Below are positions 1-10,017 of a DNA stretch of 32,000 nucleotides, in pieces. The first letter of the stretch is position 1; every line of letters starts with the position of its first letter. Position numbers and translations under genes: made by a program. Source of the stretch: Dickeya dadantii NCPPB 898 (GTDB lineage: Bacteria > Pseudomonadota > Gammaproteobacteria > Enterobacterales > Enterobacteriaceae); assembly GCF_000406145.1 (NCBI RefSeq), contig NZ_CM001976.1, forward strand, positions 3,323,206 through 3,355,205, read 5' to 3'. The notes beneath the pieces are model-generated. The model was given only the letters and a program-made list of their open reading frames with translations, made no database searches and was not told the DNA's origin.

Positions 1-1
1 G

Positions 2-817
2 CTGCTGTCCGGCCGTCATGACTGGAGCGAAATACGCACGTCGGACCGCACCACCAGCACCACTACACAGCAAAACGACAGCAAATTCACCGGCCGCGCC
101 GGCCTGCTGTACGCCTTCGACAACGGTATTTCACCGTATGTCAGCTATAGCACCTCGTTCGAGCCCAACCTGGACTCCGGCGCACCGGGTACACCAGCCT
201 TTAAACCGACTACTGGCGAGCAGAAGGAAGTAGGGGTGAAATTCCAGCCCAAAGGCAGTAATACCCTGCTGACCGTATCGCTGTTTGATATCACGCAGAA
301 AAACATCACCTCGTACAACAGCGTGACCAGATACAACGAGCAAATCGGCAAGGTGAAATCCAAAGGGGTGGAAACCGAAGTTCACTCGCAGCTGACGCCG
401 GAAATCAGCCTGATGGCGGCTTATTCCTATACCGACGCGGTCACCAAGGAAAGCTACACCGCCAGCCAGGTCAACAAAGCGCCGTCGGCCATTCCGCGCC
501 ATTCCGCCTCCGCCTGGGGCAGCTACAGCTTCCACAACGGTCCGCTGAAAGGCGTCACACTCGGCACCGGCGTACGTTATCTCGGTTCTACCTACGGCGA
601 TAACGCGGAAAGCTTCAAGGTACCGGCTTACACCCTGTACGACGCCATGGCGCGTTACGAGCTGGGTTCGCTCGCGTCGCAATTGAAGGGCGCCGCGGTG
701 CAACTGAACGTCAACAACCTGACCGACAAGCACTATGTCGCTTCGTGCAGTGGCACCACCGCCTGCTTCTACGGCAGCGGACGCACGGTCGTCGCGACGG
801 TCAGCTACAGCTGGTAA
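2..817 (+). CDS. fct: TonB-dependent ferric-siderophore outer-membrane receptor, C-terminal part (5' end upstream of window); ferric-chrysobactin receptor Fct-like
   Basis: Frame 2 is open from nt 2 (..[40 protein letters not shown]..), so track ORF 236..817 is only the GTG-delimited tail. The barrel ends ..[10 protein letters not shown] with the terminal aromatic typical of TBDRs. It lies directly upstream of DHB genes, as in the fct-cbsCEBA arrangement I recall for Dickeya. Confidence 0.85.
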   Translation: MLSGRHDWSEIRTSDRTTSTTTQQNDSKFTGRAGLLYAFDNGISPYVSYSTSFEPNLDSGAPGTPAFKPTTGEQKEVGVKFQPKGSNTLLTVSLFDITQKNITSYNSVTRYNEQIGKVKSKGVETEVHSQLTPEISLMAAYSYTDAVTKESYTASQVNKAPSAIPRHSASAWGSYSFHNGPLKGVTLGTGVRYLGSTYGDNAESFKVPAYTLYDAMARYELGSLASQLKGAAVQLNVNNLTDKHYVASCSGTTACFYGSGRTVVATVSYSW

Positions 818-823
818 TACGCG

Positions 824-847
824 GCAGGGCGGGTTTTCCCGCCCTGC
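824..847 (+). promoter_or_regulatory. GC-rich intercistronic stem-loop between receptor gene and cbsC (no U-tract)
   Basis: GCAGGGCGGG (824-833), loop tttt, CCCGCCCTGC (838-847). This is a perfect 10-bp stem 7 nt after the TAA stop, followed by ggtgacgcc rather than a T-run. Confidence 0.4.
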
Positions 848-900
848 GGTGACGCCTGAGCGCCACCATTTCGTTCACTCACGACATAAGGATAAAACCC

Positions 901-2088
901 GTGTCAACGCTAGCAGCCACTTCGTCATCGCTGGATGCCCGCACGCTTCAGCACGATGATTTTCTGTTTCTGTCTCCCGACAACAGCCTGCATGCCCGTG
1001 GATGTTACGCCGCCCTGCCGGCGGCGGTGGCCGATGGCGGTCACCTGCAAGGCGACGTTCAGCAACAGGTAAAAGCGCTGTTTGCCCGCGCCCGACAGGA
1101 CGGCATCGCCCGACCGCTGCTGGTCGGCGCCATTCCGTTCGACAAGCGCCAGCCAGCCCGCCTGTTCGTGCCGCAACAGTCGCGCTGGTTCGCGCGCGAC
1201 ACGTTGCAACATGAGGCGCTGCCCGCAACGCCGTTAGCGGTACGCCAGATACGCGAAATACCGGAGCACGATGCGTTTTGCCAGATGGTCAGCGCCGGCG
1301 TCGCGGCTACCCGCAGCGGCGAGCTGAACAAGATCGTGCTGTCCCGCCTGCTGGATATCGATACCGACCAGCCGCTGGATTCGATCCGCCTGTTGTTGCA
1401 GCTCAACCAGCAAAACCCCTGGAGCTACAACTTCCACGTGCCGTTGGAACAGGGCGCGCTGCTGGGCGCCAGCCCGGAGTTGCTGCTGCATAAACAGGGC
1501 AATCAGATTGTGTCGCAACCATTGGCCGGTTCAGCCCGCCGCAGCGACGACCCGGTGGAAGATCAGCGCCTGCGACGCACGCTGATGGCATCGGCCAAAG
1601 ATCGCCATGAACACCGGCTGGTGACCGATGATATCCAGCGGGTGCTGGCACCGCGCTGCCGGACGCTGACCATTCCGGATACGCCGGAACTGCTGAGCAC
1701 GCCGGTGCTGTGGCATCTGGCGACTCGGGTTCAGGGCGAGGTGTTGGACACGCAGGAGAACGCCCTGTCTATCGCCTGCCTGCTGCACCCGACCCCGGCG
1801 CTGTGCGGCGTACCGTTCGAAGCCGCCAGAGATCGCATCGCCCAGTTGGAGCCGTTCGCCCGCGGGCTGTTCGGCGGCATCGTCGGCTGGTGCGACGATG
1901 AAGGCAACGGTCAATGGGTGGTAACCATTCGCTGCGGCGAGGTCCGGCAAAACCGGGTACGGCTGTTTGCCGGCGCCGGCATCGTGCCGGATTCTCAGCC
2001 GGTGTCCGAATGGCACGAAACCGGCGTTAAATTGAGCACCATGCTGCGCGCATTTGGCCTGCGTCAGGATCAGGAGTGCGCAGCATGA
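901..2088 (+). CDS. cbsC: isochorismate synthase (EntC/DhbC homolog)
   Basis: 395 aa with a chorismate-binding C-terminus (..[17 protein letters not shown]..). GTG start 8 nt after AAGGA. The stop overlaps the next start (ATGA at 2085-2088). Confidence 0.9.
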   Translation: MSTLAATSSSLDARTLQHDDFLFLSPDNSLHARGCYAALPAAVADGGHLQGDVQQQVKALFARARQDGIARPLLVGAIPFDKRQPARLFVPQQSRWFARDTLQHEALPATPLAVRQIREIPEHDAFCQMVSAGVAATRSGELNKIVLSRLLDIDTDQPLDSIRLLLQLNQQNPWSYNFHVPLEQGALLGASPELLLHKQGNQIVSQPLAGSARRSDDPVEDQRLRRTLMASAKDRHEHRLVTDDIQRVLAPRCRTLTIPDTPELLSTPVLWHLATRVQGEVLDTQENALSIACLLHPTPALCGVPFEAARDRIAQLEPFARGLFGGIVGWCDDEGNGQWVVTIRCGEVRQNRVRLFAGAGIVPDSQPVSEWHETGVKLSTMLRAFGLRQDQECAA

Positions 2089-3713
2089 TGATTGAATTCA
2101 CCCGCTGGCCGCCCGAGCTGGAACAGCGCTACCGCGACCGGGGTTACTGGCAGGATCTGCCGCTGGGCGACATCCTCGCCCGACACGCCGACAGCGACGA
2201 TACCGCCTTGATCTGCGGCAAGCGCACGCTCAGTTACCGCCAGATGAACCAGCAGGTGGCGCAACTGGCCAGCGCGCTGCAACGTCGGGGGTTAAAGCAG
2301 GGGCAGACCGCGCTGGTTCAATTAGGCAACGTTGCCGAATTCTATCTGACTTACTTCGCGCTGTTGCGCGCCGGCATCGTGCCGGTGAACGCGCTGTTCA
2401 GCCATCAACGCAGCGAACTGTGCGCCTACGCCGACCAGATCGCCCCAACACTGTTGATCGCCGATCGCGGCCATCCGCTGTTTGCCGACGATAGCTTTAT
2501 CGACGAACTGCGCCAGCGCTGCCCGTCGCTACAGCAGGTGATTCTGCGCGGCGATGCTGACTCGGCACAGGCGCTGTCGCAACTGTTGCAGGAAGACGGC
2601 GACCCGCGGGCCGCCACGCCGACGCCTGCCGATCAGGTGGCGTTTTTCCAGCTTTCCGGCGGCAGCACCGGCACGCCAAAGTTAATCCCCCGGACCCACA
2701 ACGACTACTACTACAGCATTCGCGGCAGCGTGGAGATTTGCCGGGTTGACGCGCACACCCGCTTTCTGTGCGCCCTGCCCGCCGCCCATAACTACCCGCT
2801 CAGTTCGCCGGGCGCGCTGGGCGTGTTCTATGCCGGCGGCACGGTGGTGCTGGCGGGCGACCCTAGCCCGACCTGCTGCTTCCCGCTGATTGCACAACAC
2901 CGCATCACGCTGACCGCGCTGGTGCCGCCCGCCGTCACACTGTGGCTGGAAGCGGTGGCGTTATCCGGCGATCGCAGTGCGCTGGCGAGCCTGCAGGTAT
3001 TGCAAGTCGGCGGCGCCCGCCTGAGCGAAGCGCTGGCGCGGCGAGTGCCGGCGGAGCTGGGCTGCCAGTTGCAACAGGTGTTCGGCATGGCGGAAGGACT
3101 GGTGAACTACACCCGGCTGGACGACGACGATATCCACCGCTTCACCACCCAGGGCTGCCCTATCAGCGACGATGATGAAGTGTGGGTAGCCGATGCCGAC
3201 GGCAATCCGCTGCCGCATGGCGAGCCGGGCCGTCTGATGACGCGCGGGCCCTACACCTTTCGCGGCTACTACCGCAGCCCGGCGCACAACCGCCAGGTGT
3301 TTAACGACGACGGTTTTTACTGCTCCGGCGATCTGGTGATCCAGCAGGCGGACGGCTACCTACAGGTGGTGGGACGCGAAAAAGATCAGATCAACCGGGG
3401 TGGGGAAAAGATCGCCGCCGAGGAGATCGAAAACCTGCTGCTGCGCCACCCGGCGGTGATCAACGCAGCGCTGGTGGCGGTGCCCGACACCATGATGGGC
3501 GAAAAAAGCTGCGCCTTTCTGGTCACCCGCGAACCGCTCAAAGCGGCGGCGCTGCGTCGTCATCTGCGCGAACAAGGCATCGCCGACTACAAACTGCCGG
3601 ACCGATTTGAACAACTGCCCACCCTGCCGGAAACCGCGGTGGGCAAAGTCGATAAACAGCGGCTACGCCAGCTGGCGCAACAGCGCGTGGCGGCGCCCAC
3701 CGCAGGAGAATAA
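2085..3713 (+). CDS. cbsE: 2,3-dihydroxybenzoate-AMP ligase (EntE homolog)
   Basis: [27 protein letters not shown].. matches the EntE N-terminus. Adenylation core motif [16 protein letters not shown] is present. I chose ATG 2085 (CAGGAG RBS 8 nt upstream, ATGA overlap) over the track's GTG at 2076. Confidence 0.92.
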   Translation: MMIEFTRWPPELEQRYRDRGYWQDLPLGDILARHADSDDTALICGKRTLSYRQMNQQVAQLASALQRRGLKQGQTALVQLGNVAEFYLTYFALLRAGIVPVNALFSHQRSELCAYADQIAPTLLIADRGHPLFADDSFIDELRQRCPSLQQVILRGDADSAQALSQLLQEDGDPRAATPTPADQVAFFQLSGGSTGTPKLIPRTHNDYYYSIRGSVEICRVDAHTRFLCALPAAHNYPLSSPGALGVFYAGGTVVLAGDPSPTCCFPLIAQHRITLTALVPPAVTLWLEAVALSGDRSALASLQVLQVGGARLSEALARRVPAELGCQLQQVFGMAEGLVNYTRLDDDDIHRFTTQGCPISDDDEVWVADADGNPLPHGEPGRLMTRGPYTFRGYYRSPAHNRQVFNDDGFYCSGDLVIQQADGYLQVVGREKDQINRGGEKIAAEEIENLLLRHPAVINAALVAVPDTMMGEKSCAFLVTREPLKAAALRRHLREQGIADYKLPDRFEQLPTLPETAVGKVDKQRLRQLAQQRVAAPTAGE

Positions 3714-3716
3714 ATC

Positions 3717-4592
3717 ATGGCTATTCCAAAACTGAACGCCTACCCGCTTCCCGGCGTGGAGCATCTACCGGTCAACAAGGTTAGCTGGCCGGTGGATCCC
3801 ACGCGAGCCGCGCTGCTGATTCACGACATGCAGAACTATTTCCTCAATTTCTGGGGAGAAAACAGCCCGCTGACCGAACAGTTGATCGCCAATGTCGCGC
3901 GCATCCGGCAGGCGTGCCGCCAACAGGGCATTCCAGTGTTCTACACGGCCCAGCCCAATCAGCAGAGCGATGCCGACCGGGCGCTGCTTAACGACATGTG
4001 GGGACCGGGCCTGAATCGCCACCCGGAGCAACAACAAATCACCGCCGCCCTGACGCCGGACGCCGACGACACCGTACTGGTGAAATGGCGTTACAGCGCG
4101 TTCCACCGTTCCGATCTGGAGCAACGGCTGAACGCCGCAGGCCGCGACCAGCTGATTATCTGCGGGGTATACGCGCATATCGGCTGCCTGACCACCGCCA
4201 CCGATGCGTTTATGCGCAACATCAAACCGTTCATGATTGCCGATGCGCTGGCGGATTTTTCGCAGGAAGAGCACCTGATGGCGCTGCGTTACACCGCCGG
4301 TCGTTGCGGCCGGGTGTTGACCAGCGAGCAATTGCTGGACGCGCTCGCCCCGCAGACGGATGACGGCCTGGCGCGCCTGCGTGCCGAACTGCTGCCGTTG
4401 CTGGATGACGACGACGAGATCGGCGATGACGACAACCTGTTGGACTATGGGCTGGACTCGGTGCGCATCATGTCGCTGGTGACCCGCTGGCGTCAGCAGG
4501 GGCATGACCTCGACTTCGTGGCGCTGGTGAAAAACCCCACGCTGCGCCACTGGCACCAGCTACTCAGCCAGCCCCAGCGGGAGGAAGCATGA
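3717..4592 (+). CDS. cbsB: bifunctional isochorismatase / aryl carrier protein (EntB homolog)
   Basis: 291 aa with an isochorismatase N-domain (..LLIHDMQNYF..). The C-terminal ArCP has the phosphopantetheine site LDYGLDSVRIM. Confidence 0.92.
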   Translation: MAIPKLNAYPLPGVEHLPVNKVSWPVDPTRAALLIHDMQNYFLNFWGENSPLTEQLIANVARIRQACRQQGIPVFYTAQPNQQSDADRALLNDMWGPGLNRHPEQQQITAALTPDADDTVLVKWRYSAFHRSDLEQRLNAAGRDQLIICGVYAHIGCLTTATDAFMRNIKPFMIADALADFSQEEHLMALRYTAGRCGRVLTSEQLLDALAPQTDDGLARLRAELLPLLDDDDEIGDDDNLLDYGLDSVRIMSLVTRWRQQGHDLDFVALVKNPTLRHWHQLLSQPQREEA

Positions 4593-5347
4593 GCGTCACG
4601 CTCGATTTCAGCGGTAAACAGGTGTGGGTGACCGGCGCCGGGCGCGGCATCGGTTATGACATTGCCTGCCGTTTCACCGAAGCTGGCGCGACCGTCACCG
4701 GGTTTGACCGCGCCTTTTCCGACGGCGAACCGCCGTTCCGCGCCGTCGAACTGGACATCGGCGACCACGCCGCCGTTGCCGATGTTTGTGCAACGCTGCT
4801 GGCGCAAACGCCGCGTCTGGATGTGCTGGTGAACGGCGCCGGCATCCTGCGTATGGGCCAGACCGAAACCCTCAGCCAGCAGGACTGGCAGGATTGCCTG
4901 ACGGTTAACGCCGGCGGTGCGTTTCATCTGTTTCAGGCGCTGATCCCGCAGTTTCAACAACAGCGTAGCGGCGCGATTGTTTCGATCGGCTCCAACGCCG
5001 CGCATGTGCCGCGGGTCGGCATGGCGGCCTATTGCGCATCCAAGGCGGCATTGCGCAGCCTGTGTCTGACCGTCGGTCTGGAGCTGGCGCCATACGGCGT
5101 GCGCTGTAACATGGTGTCGCCCGGCTCCACCGACACGCCGATGCAACGCAGCCTGTGGCATTCGCCGGCTTCGGAACAACACACCATCGCCGGTTTTCCC
5201 GAGCAGTTCAAACTGGGGATTCCGCTCGGCAAAATCGCCCGTCCGCGTGAAATCACCGATGCGGTGCTGTTTCTGGCGTCCGATCTGGCCAGCCACGTCA
5301 CACTACAGGATATGGTGATCGACGGCGGCGCCACGCTGGGTGCGTGA
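4589..5347 (+). CDS. cbsA: 2,3-dihydro-2,3-dihydroxybenzoate dehydrogenase (EntA homolog, SDR family)
   Basis: 252 aa with Rossmann motif VTGAGRGIG and catalytic YCASK. It overlaps cbsB by 4 nt. Confidence 0.9.
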   Translation: MSVTLDFSGKQVWVTGAGRGIGYDIACRFTEAGATVTGFDRAFSDGEPPFRAVELDIGDHAAVADVCATLLAQTPRLDVLVNGAGILRMGQTETLSQQDWQDCLTVNAGGAFHLFQALIPQFQQQRSGAIVSIGSNAAHVPRVGMAAYCASKAALRSLCLTVGLELAPYGVRCNMVSPGSTDTPMQRSLWHSPASEQHTIAGFPEQFKLGIPLGKIARPREITDAVLFLASDLASHVTLQDMVIDGGATLGA

Positions 5348-5386
5348 CGTCGCGCGCCGATATCCGGTTTTCAGGGAGAAATAAGC

Positions 5387-5803
5387 ATGATCTGGAAACG
5401 CGCTACCTCACTGGAAGCGCTCAATCAGATGAGCGACGACTGTATGGTGTCCCATCTGGGCATTCGCTTTACCCACATGACGGACAACAGTCTGGAAGCG
5501 ACCCTGCCGGTAGACGCCCGCACCCGACAGCTGTTCGGTCTGCTGCACGGCGGCGCTTCGGTGGTGCTGGCGGAATCGCTGGGTTCGGTGGCAGGCTGGC
5601 TCTGTACTGAACCGGGCGCCAGCGTGGTCGGCGTAGAAATTAACGCCAGCCATCTGCGGGCCGTCGTACAGGGAGAGGTCCGGGGAATTTGCCAGCCGTT
5701 GCATCTGGGCCGCCAGATGCAGGTCTGGCAGATAGAGATCGTGGACGAGCGCCAGCGGCGCTGCTGCATCGCCCGGCTGACCACGGCCGTCATTCAGCCG
5801 TAA
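5387..5803 (+). CDS. entH: hotdog-fold proofreading thioesterase (EntH/YbdB homolog)
   Basis: [47 protein letters not shown]...DE..RRCC..RLTTAV closely tracks E. coli EntH as I recall it. AGGGAG RBS upstream. Confidence 0.85.
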   Translation: MIWKRATSLEALNQMSDDCMVSHLGIRFTHMTDNSLEATLPVDARTRQLFGLLHGGASVVLAESLGSVAGWLCTEPGASVVGVEINASHLRAVVQGEVRGICQPLHLGRQMQVWQIEIVDERQRRCCIARLTTAVIQP

Positions 5804-5812
5804 AGGTGAAAA

Positions 5813-5831
5813 AGGAGGCCGATGGCCTCCT
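5813..5831. terminator. bidirectional stem-loop between convergent entH-like gene and OYE reductase
   Basis: AGGAGGCC-gat-GGCCTCCT. On the - strand it is followed by TTTTTCACCTTT, on the + strand by cgtcggtttt. Confidence 0.6.
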
Positions 5832-5839
5832 CGTCGGTT

Positions 5840-6898
5840 TTACTCCGCCAGCGCCGGATAATCGGTGTAGCCTTCCGCACCCGGGCTGTAAATAGTGTTA
5901 CTGTTCAGCTCATTGAGCGGCGCGCCGCGACGCAGGCGCTCAACCAGATCCGGGTTGGAAATATAGACTCGGCCAAACGACACCGCATCCGCCTCGCCGT
6001 CCGCCAGCAGTTGCTCAGCAGCCTCGCGGGTCAGACCATCGTTGGCGATCACCACGCCGCTGAATGTTTTGCGAATCAGCGGCAGAATGCGCTGCGGCGT
6101 ATCCAGCGCCTCGCGCACAAAGATAAACGCCAGTTTACGTTCGTTCAGTTGCTCAGCTACATAACCGAACAACGCCTGCGGGTCGGAGTCCTGCATCGAG
6201 TGTGAGTTGGACATGGTGTTCAGATGCACACCGACCCGATCCGCCGGCCAGACAGCCAGCACCGCGTCCACCGTGTCCAGCAGGAAGCGCGCCCGGTTGG
6301 CGATGGTGCCGCCGTACTGGTCGGTACGCTGGTTGGAACCGTCATGCAGGAACTGATCGAACAGGTAACCATTGGCGGCGTGGATTTCCACCCCGTCAAA
6401 ACCGGCGCGTTTGGCATTTTCCGCCGCCTGACGAAAATCCGCCACAATGCCGGCCACTTCTTCGGTTTCCAGCGCACGCGGCACCACATAGGACTTGTAA
6501 GGGCGAATGGTCGCCACATGACCTTCCGCCGCAATGGCGCTGGGCGCGACCGGTAATTCGCCATCCAGATAAACCGGATCGGAAATGCGCCCCACGTGCC
6601 ACATTTGCAGCACCATTTTGCCGCCCGCCGCGTGTACCGCCGCATTAATGCGGCTCCAGCTCTCGATCTGTTCGTCCGACCAGATCCCCGGCGTATTGGG
6701 GTAACCGACGCCTTGTGGAGTGACGGCGGTGGCCTCGGTCAGAATCATCCCGGCGCTGGCGCGTTGAACATAATAGTCCAGCGATAACGCGCTGGGGATC
6801 CGCTGGTCGAAAGCGCGCATGCGGGTCAGCGGCGCCATGACAATACGGTTTTCTGCCTTGATAGCGCCAATATGGATTGGATCAAACAAATCTGGCAT
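5840..6898 (-). CDS. Old Yellow Enzyme family NADH:flavin oxidoreductase / alkene (N-ethylmaleimide-type) reductase
   Basis: MPDLFDPIHIGAIKAENRIVMAPLTRMRA.. and ..GVEIHAANGYLFDQFL.. are OYE hallmarks. I chose ATG 6898 (AAGGAA RBS) instead of the track's upstream start at 6928. Confidence 0.85.
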   Translation of the reverse strand: MPDLFDPIHIGAIKAENRIVMAPLTRMRAFDQRIPSALSLDYYVQRASAGMILTEATAVTPQGVGYPNTPGIWSDEQIESWSRINAAVHAAGGKMVLQMWHVGRISDPVYLDGELPVAPSAIAAEGHVATIRPYKSYVVPRALETEEVAGIVADFRQAAENAKRAGFDGVEIHAANGYLFDQFLHDGSNQRTDQYGGTIANRARFLLDTVDAVLAVWPADRVGVHLNTMSNSHSMQDSDPQALFGYVAEQLNERKLAFIFVREALDTPQRILPLIRKTFSGVVIANDGLTREAAEQLLADGEADAVSFGRVYISNPDLVERLRRGAPLNELNSNTIYSPGAEGYTDYPALAE

Positions 6899-7146
6899 AG
6901 CGTTTTCCTTTTCGTTGACACCCAACAAATGAACGGCTGATCTCAGCGAACGGCTACGGTACCATCACCGCATCGGACGAAGACACCGCCGGATGATGCG
7001 TCGCATCAGCGTAATAACAGAGGGAAGAGGGAATAGGGATATACACCATCGTGGAAAGCGCTGCCAGACCATTCGGTGCTAACGGCAGCTGATTGGTTAT
7101 AACGCGGCGAAGACGCGCGTTTACGTCCCCGCACGCCGGAGCGACA

Positions 7147-7719
7147 TCAGGTTGCCGGCGACAGTTGCCCGGCAAAGGCGGCCAGCCGTTGCAGCCCGTA
7201 CTCCCATTTACCGAACCCCGACTCCGCGTTAATGTGCCCGCCTTCCCCGACATCCACCAGGTCGCTGCCCCAGGCGCGCGCCCAGTATTCGGCGCGGGAA
7301 AACGTCATTAACGGGTCATTGTGACTGGCGAACGCCAGGCTGGGTACCGCCAGTGGTTCGGCCTGAATACGGTCTTCAATTTCAAAACGCATCGGCTCCG
7401 CAGGCGCCACCAGCATCACGCCGGCGATGCCTTCCATGCCCTGTTGAACCACATGACAGGCAGCCAGCGCGCCAAAACTGTGACCAATCAGCACCACCGG
7501 CCGATCGCAGGTTGCCAGTTCGCGGCGAATAGCCAACACCCAGCGGTCCAAATCCGCCTGATACCACTCTTTCTGACGGATACGCCGCCAGAAAGGGAAC
7601 CGCCGCTCCCAGTGGCTCTGCCAGTGTTCGTCATCACTGTCGCGCAGTCCCGGCACCAGCACCATGGTCAGGCGCGGGTCGATGTCTATCAGACGCTGGT
7701 CTACTTCTGTTGTCTGCAT
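7147..7719 (-). CDS. alpha/beta serine hydrolase, YdeN/RBBP9 family
   Basis: 190 aa with nucleophile elbow VVLIGHSFGA. The size and layout (..LVPGL..S...HW..W) fit this small-hydrolase family. Confidence 0.7.
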   Translation of the reverse strand: MQTTEVDQRLIDIDPRLTMVLVPGLRDSDDEHWQSHWERRFPFWRRIRQKEWYQADLDRWVLAIRRELATCDRPVVLIGHSFGALAACHVVQQGMEGIAGVMLVAPAEPMRFEIEDRIQAEPLAVPSLAFASHNDPLMTFSRAEYWARAWGSDLVDVGEGGHINAESGFGKWEYGLQRLAAFAGQLSPAT

Positions 7720-7986
7720 CAGGTTCTGTGTCTCCCTGTTGATTGCCTGTCAGGGTGACACGGGCACCATCAGCGATACCATCGTCCTTTACACCCTTTT
7801 CATTACAATCTGATAACAATATCAGCACCGGCTTACAGCCTACCACGTGATTCCCGATTTGTATCCTAACAGTGTCCCTTAATTATTCGTGCCGCCAACC
7901 CGCGCCTTCCAGACCGCACGACCCACGTCCGCCTCCCTTTCGCAGCCACGCTCCACCCAAGAACGCCGCCTGATTCAGCGCAGCGC

Positions 7987-8493
7987 CTACCCAACCAGCC
8001 GGGAAAACGCCAGTTCGCACGGACTGGCGATACGCCGGTAATCCTCGGTATTAAGAATCACCGAGCAGGTCAGCGACCCCGCATTGAACGCCAACTCATC
8101 AAAACGGGTAAACAGCATCGGGTCAGCCACCAGCAGCAAATCCGCATGAAAACTGAATGGCGGAATGGCGCCGAACACACAGTGCGTCAGGGCGTCGACT
8201 TCCGCCGGGCTGGCCAGCGACGCGCGGGTGCCGCCCAACGCCTGCGCCAGACGAGTTAAATCCGCCTGTTGGTCTGCCGGCAATACCGCCAGCACATGCT
8301 GGCGCAGACCATTGCCCTTGACATGGCAGACCAGCGCCTTGGCCCCCTGCCCCAGTTCAGTGCCGCGAATCCGCGCGACCTCTTCCGAACGCCCGGCGCA
8401 GCCGTGATGCACAACCCGATAACGCGCCCGTTCCTGTTCAAGGCGCTGACACAACCGCTCAAAAATGGTGTTTGTCTGCATAATCTGGCTCAT
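7987..8493 (-). CDS. yeaK: YbaK/ProX-type aminoacyl-tRNA deacylase (YeaK homolog)
   Basis: ..IRGTELGQGAKALVCHVKGNGLRQHVLAVLPADQQADL..LASPAEVD.LT.CVFGAIPPFSFH.. closely matches E. coli YeaK as I remember it. ATG 8493 chosen; the track start at 8502 is TTG. Confidence 0.75.
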   Translation of the reverse strand: MSQIMQTNTIFERLCQRLEQERARYRVVHHGCAGRSEEVARIRGTELGQGAKALVCHVKGNGLRQHVLAVLPADQQADLTRLAQALGGTRASLASPAEVDALTHCVFGAIPPFSFHADLLLVADPMLFTRFDELAFNAGSLTCSVILNTEDYRRIASPCELAFSRLVG

Positions 8494-8752
8494 GGCTCCC
8501 AAGCCCGGTCAATCGCTGTTTCTCGTCTAGCGGACAGCCTGTCCGTCAATGCTTTTTAATGCTATTCCCACCGGATTTAAAGCCATTCCTCTTGAATTTC
8601 TCCCCTGACCCAGCGTAGATTTAGCGCCGATTCCGTCATCTGTCTGCAAACGGCAGCGATGGCTGGGGGAACGGCTCTGAACCGGGCGGTTCCTGAACGG
8701 TAAAACGCACAATCGGAATCATTGCTGGCGTGATATTGCTGGAGAAAAATCA

Positions 8753-8827
8753 GTGAAGTACTTGTTCATGGGAGTTTCATTCATTCTGTTTTTGTGGGTA
8801 GGCACTTTTTTACTGATGCTGGAATAA
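8753..8827 (+). CDS. ypdK: 24-aa small hydrophobic membrane protein, YpdK-like (not in ORF track, below length cutoff)
   Basis: GTG AAG TAC TTG TTC ATG GGA.. translates to (M)KYLFMGVSFILFLWVGTFLLMLE*. GGAG lies 8 nt upstream (8741-8744). It resembles E. coli YpdK (MKYFFMGISFMVIVWAGTFALMI, quoted from memory). A strong terminator lies ~95 nt downstream. Confidence 0.55.
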   Translation: MKYLFMGVSFILFLWVGTFLLMLE

Positions 8828-8922
8828 CCCTGACGGTATTTCACCATCCACTTCGACAGGCGGCTCCTGTTGGGGCAACAACAAAAAATAATTATCAGGC
8901 ACACACGAAAGACGAACAAACG

Positions 8923-8957
8923 ACAGGCTGGCGGCCACACTGCCAGCCTGTTTTTTT
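8923..8957 (+). terminator. rho-independent terminator (strong on +; also lies 3' of outO on -)
   Basis: ACAGGCTGGC (8923-8932), 9-nt loop, GCCAGCCTGT (8942-8951), then TTTTTTTAT. Confidence 0.75.
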
Positions 8958-9025
8958 ATCGGAATTTCCGACGTTCAGCGCCGCCTGACATAGTCGCACA
9001 GGAGCGCGCACGGGCCGACGACGGA

Positions 9026-9877
9026 TCAGTGACTCCAGCCCCCCAGCACGTTCAACATCAGACTGACTGCGCCGCCCACCGCCAGCCAGGGGCCAAACGC
9101 CAGCGGTTGCTGCATGCTGACACGGCGCACGCGCCGCCACAGCAGTGTCGCCGCCAACCCGGTCAATGAGGCAATCAACACCAGATTCGGCAGCGCCTGC
9201 CAGCCCAGCCAGGCGCCCAGCGCGGCCAGTAATTTGAAATCCCCCTGCCCCAGCGCTTCACGCCCGCTCAGCAGGCGAAAGGCCCAGTAAATCAACCACA
9301 GCGACAGGTAGCCCGCCATCGCACCGACCACGGCCTGCTCAAGCGGCACAAAAGTATCCGCCAGATTGAACAACAAACCGCCCCACAGCAGCGGGAGAGT
9401 CATGACATCCGGCAGTAACTGGGTTCGGGCATCAATAGCCGCCAACGCCAGCAACGTGCCAAAGCACAGCAACGCTCCCAGCAACGCCAGCCCCGGCTGC
9501 CAGAGTAGCCCGGCCAACAAAAACGACAGCCCGGACAACAGTTCGATCAGCGGATAGCGCCAGGATACCGCGCCGCCACAACAATGGGCGCGCCCGCGCA
9601 GCCCTATCCAGCTCAGCAGCGGAATGTTGTCGCGCACGCGCAGTCGTTGATGGCAATGAGGGCAGGACGATGGCGGCCAGCAAAGATCATAACGGGGAGA
9701 CGGCGCACCAGCCGGCTGGCCGAGCTGAAAACGCGCTTCCTGCTGCCAGCGCCGTTCCAGCATCAGCGGCAACCGGTGGATCACCACATTGAGGAAACTG
9801 CCGGTAATCAGCCCCAAGAATAGCAGCGCTGTCAGCCAGATACGCGGGAAAGCGCTGGCAAAGGCGATCAGATCCAT
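9026..9877 (-). CDS. gspO: prepilin peptidase / N-methyltransferase OutO (GspO, A24 family)
   Basis: 283 aa, polytopic. Cytoplasmic Cys motifs (CPHCHQRL .. HCCGG) are present. ATG is preceded by GGGAG. Confidence 0.92.
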   Translation of the reverse strand: MDLIAFASAFPRIWLTALLFLGLITGSFLNVVIHRLPLMLERRWQQEARFQLGQPAGAPSPRYDLCWPPSSCPHCHQRLRVRDNIPLLSWIGLRGRAHCCGGAVSWRYPLIELLSGLSFLLAGLLWQPGLALLGALLCFGTLLALAAIDARTQLLPDVMTLPLLWGGLLFNLADTFVPLEQAVVGAMAGYLSLWLIYWAFRLLSGREALGQGDFKLLAALGAWLGWQALPNLVLIASLTGLAATLLWRRVRRVSMQQPLAFGPWLAVGGAVSLMLNVLGGWSH

Positions 9878-10017
9878 GTTGTTCTCCCATCCCGATCCCT
9901 AACGGCCCGGTATGCTGACACAATACGCCAGCCCGTGCCAGACAGGTGAATCACAGGCATCGTTTTTTGCGCGCCAGCGCGCAGACTGGTTGATTATCGA
10001 CGGCGGCACCAGGCCAT

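Noticed and set aside
3765-4556. 263-aa - strand ORF inside cbsB. Related cases are 131-733, 4493-5296 and 1531-2016.
   Set aside because: These are antisense shadows of strongly supported siderophore genes, with the same compositional artefact.
7805-7826. Fur box at the CTGATAACAATATCAG repeat.
   Set aside because: Hand alignment to GATAATGATAATCATTATC gave few matches outside one GATAAC hexamer.
8719-8940. 73-aa - strand ORF opposite the YpdK-like ORF.
   Set aside because: It has no RBS and an implausible Cys/Arg-rich sequence. The + strand micro-ORF has homology, an RBS and a terminator.
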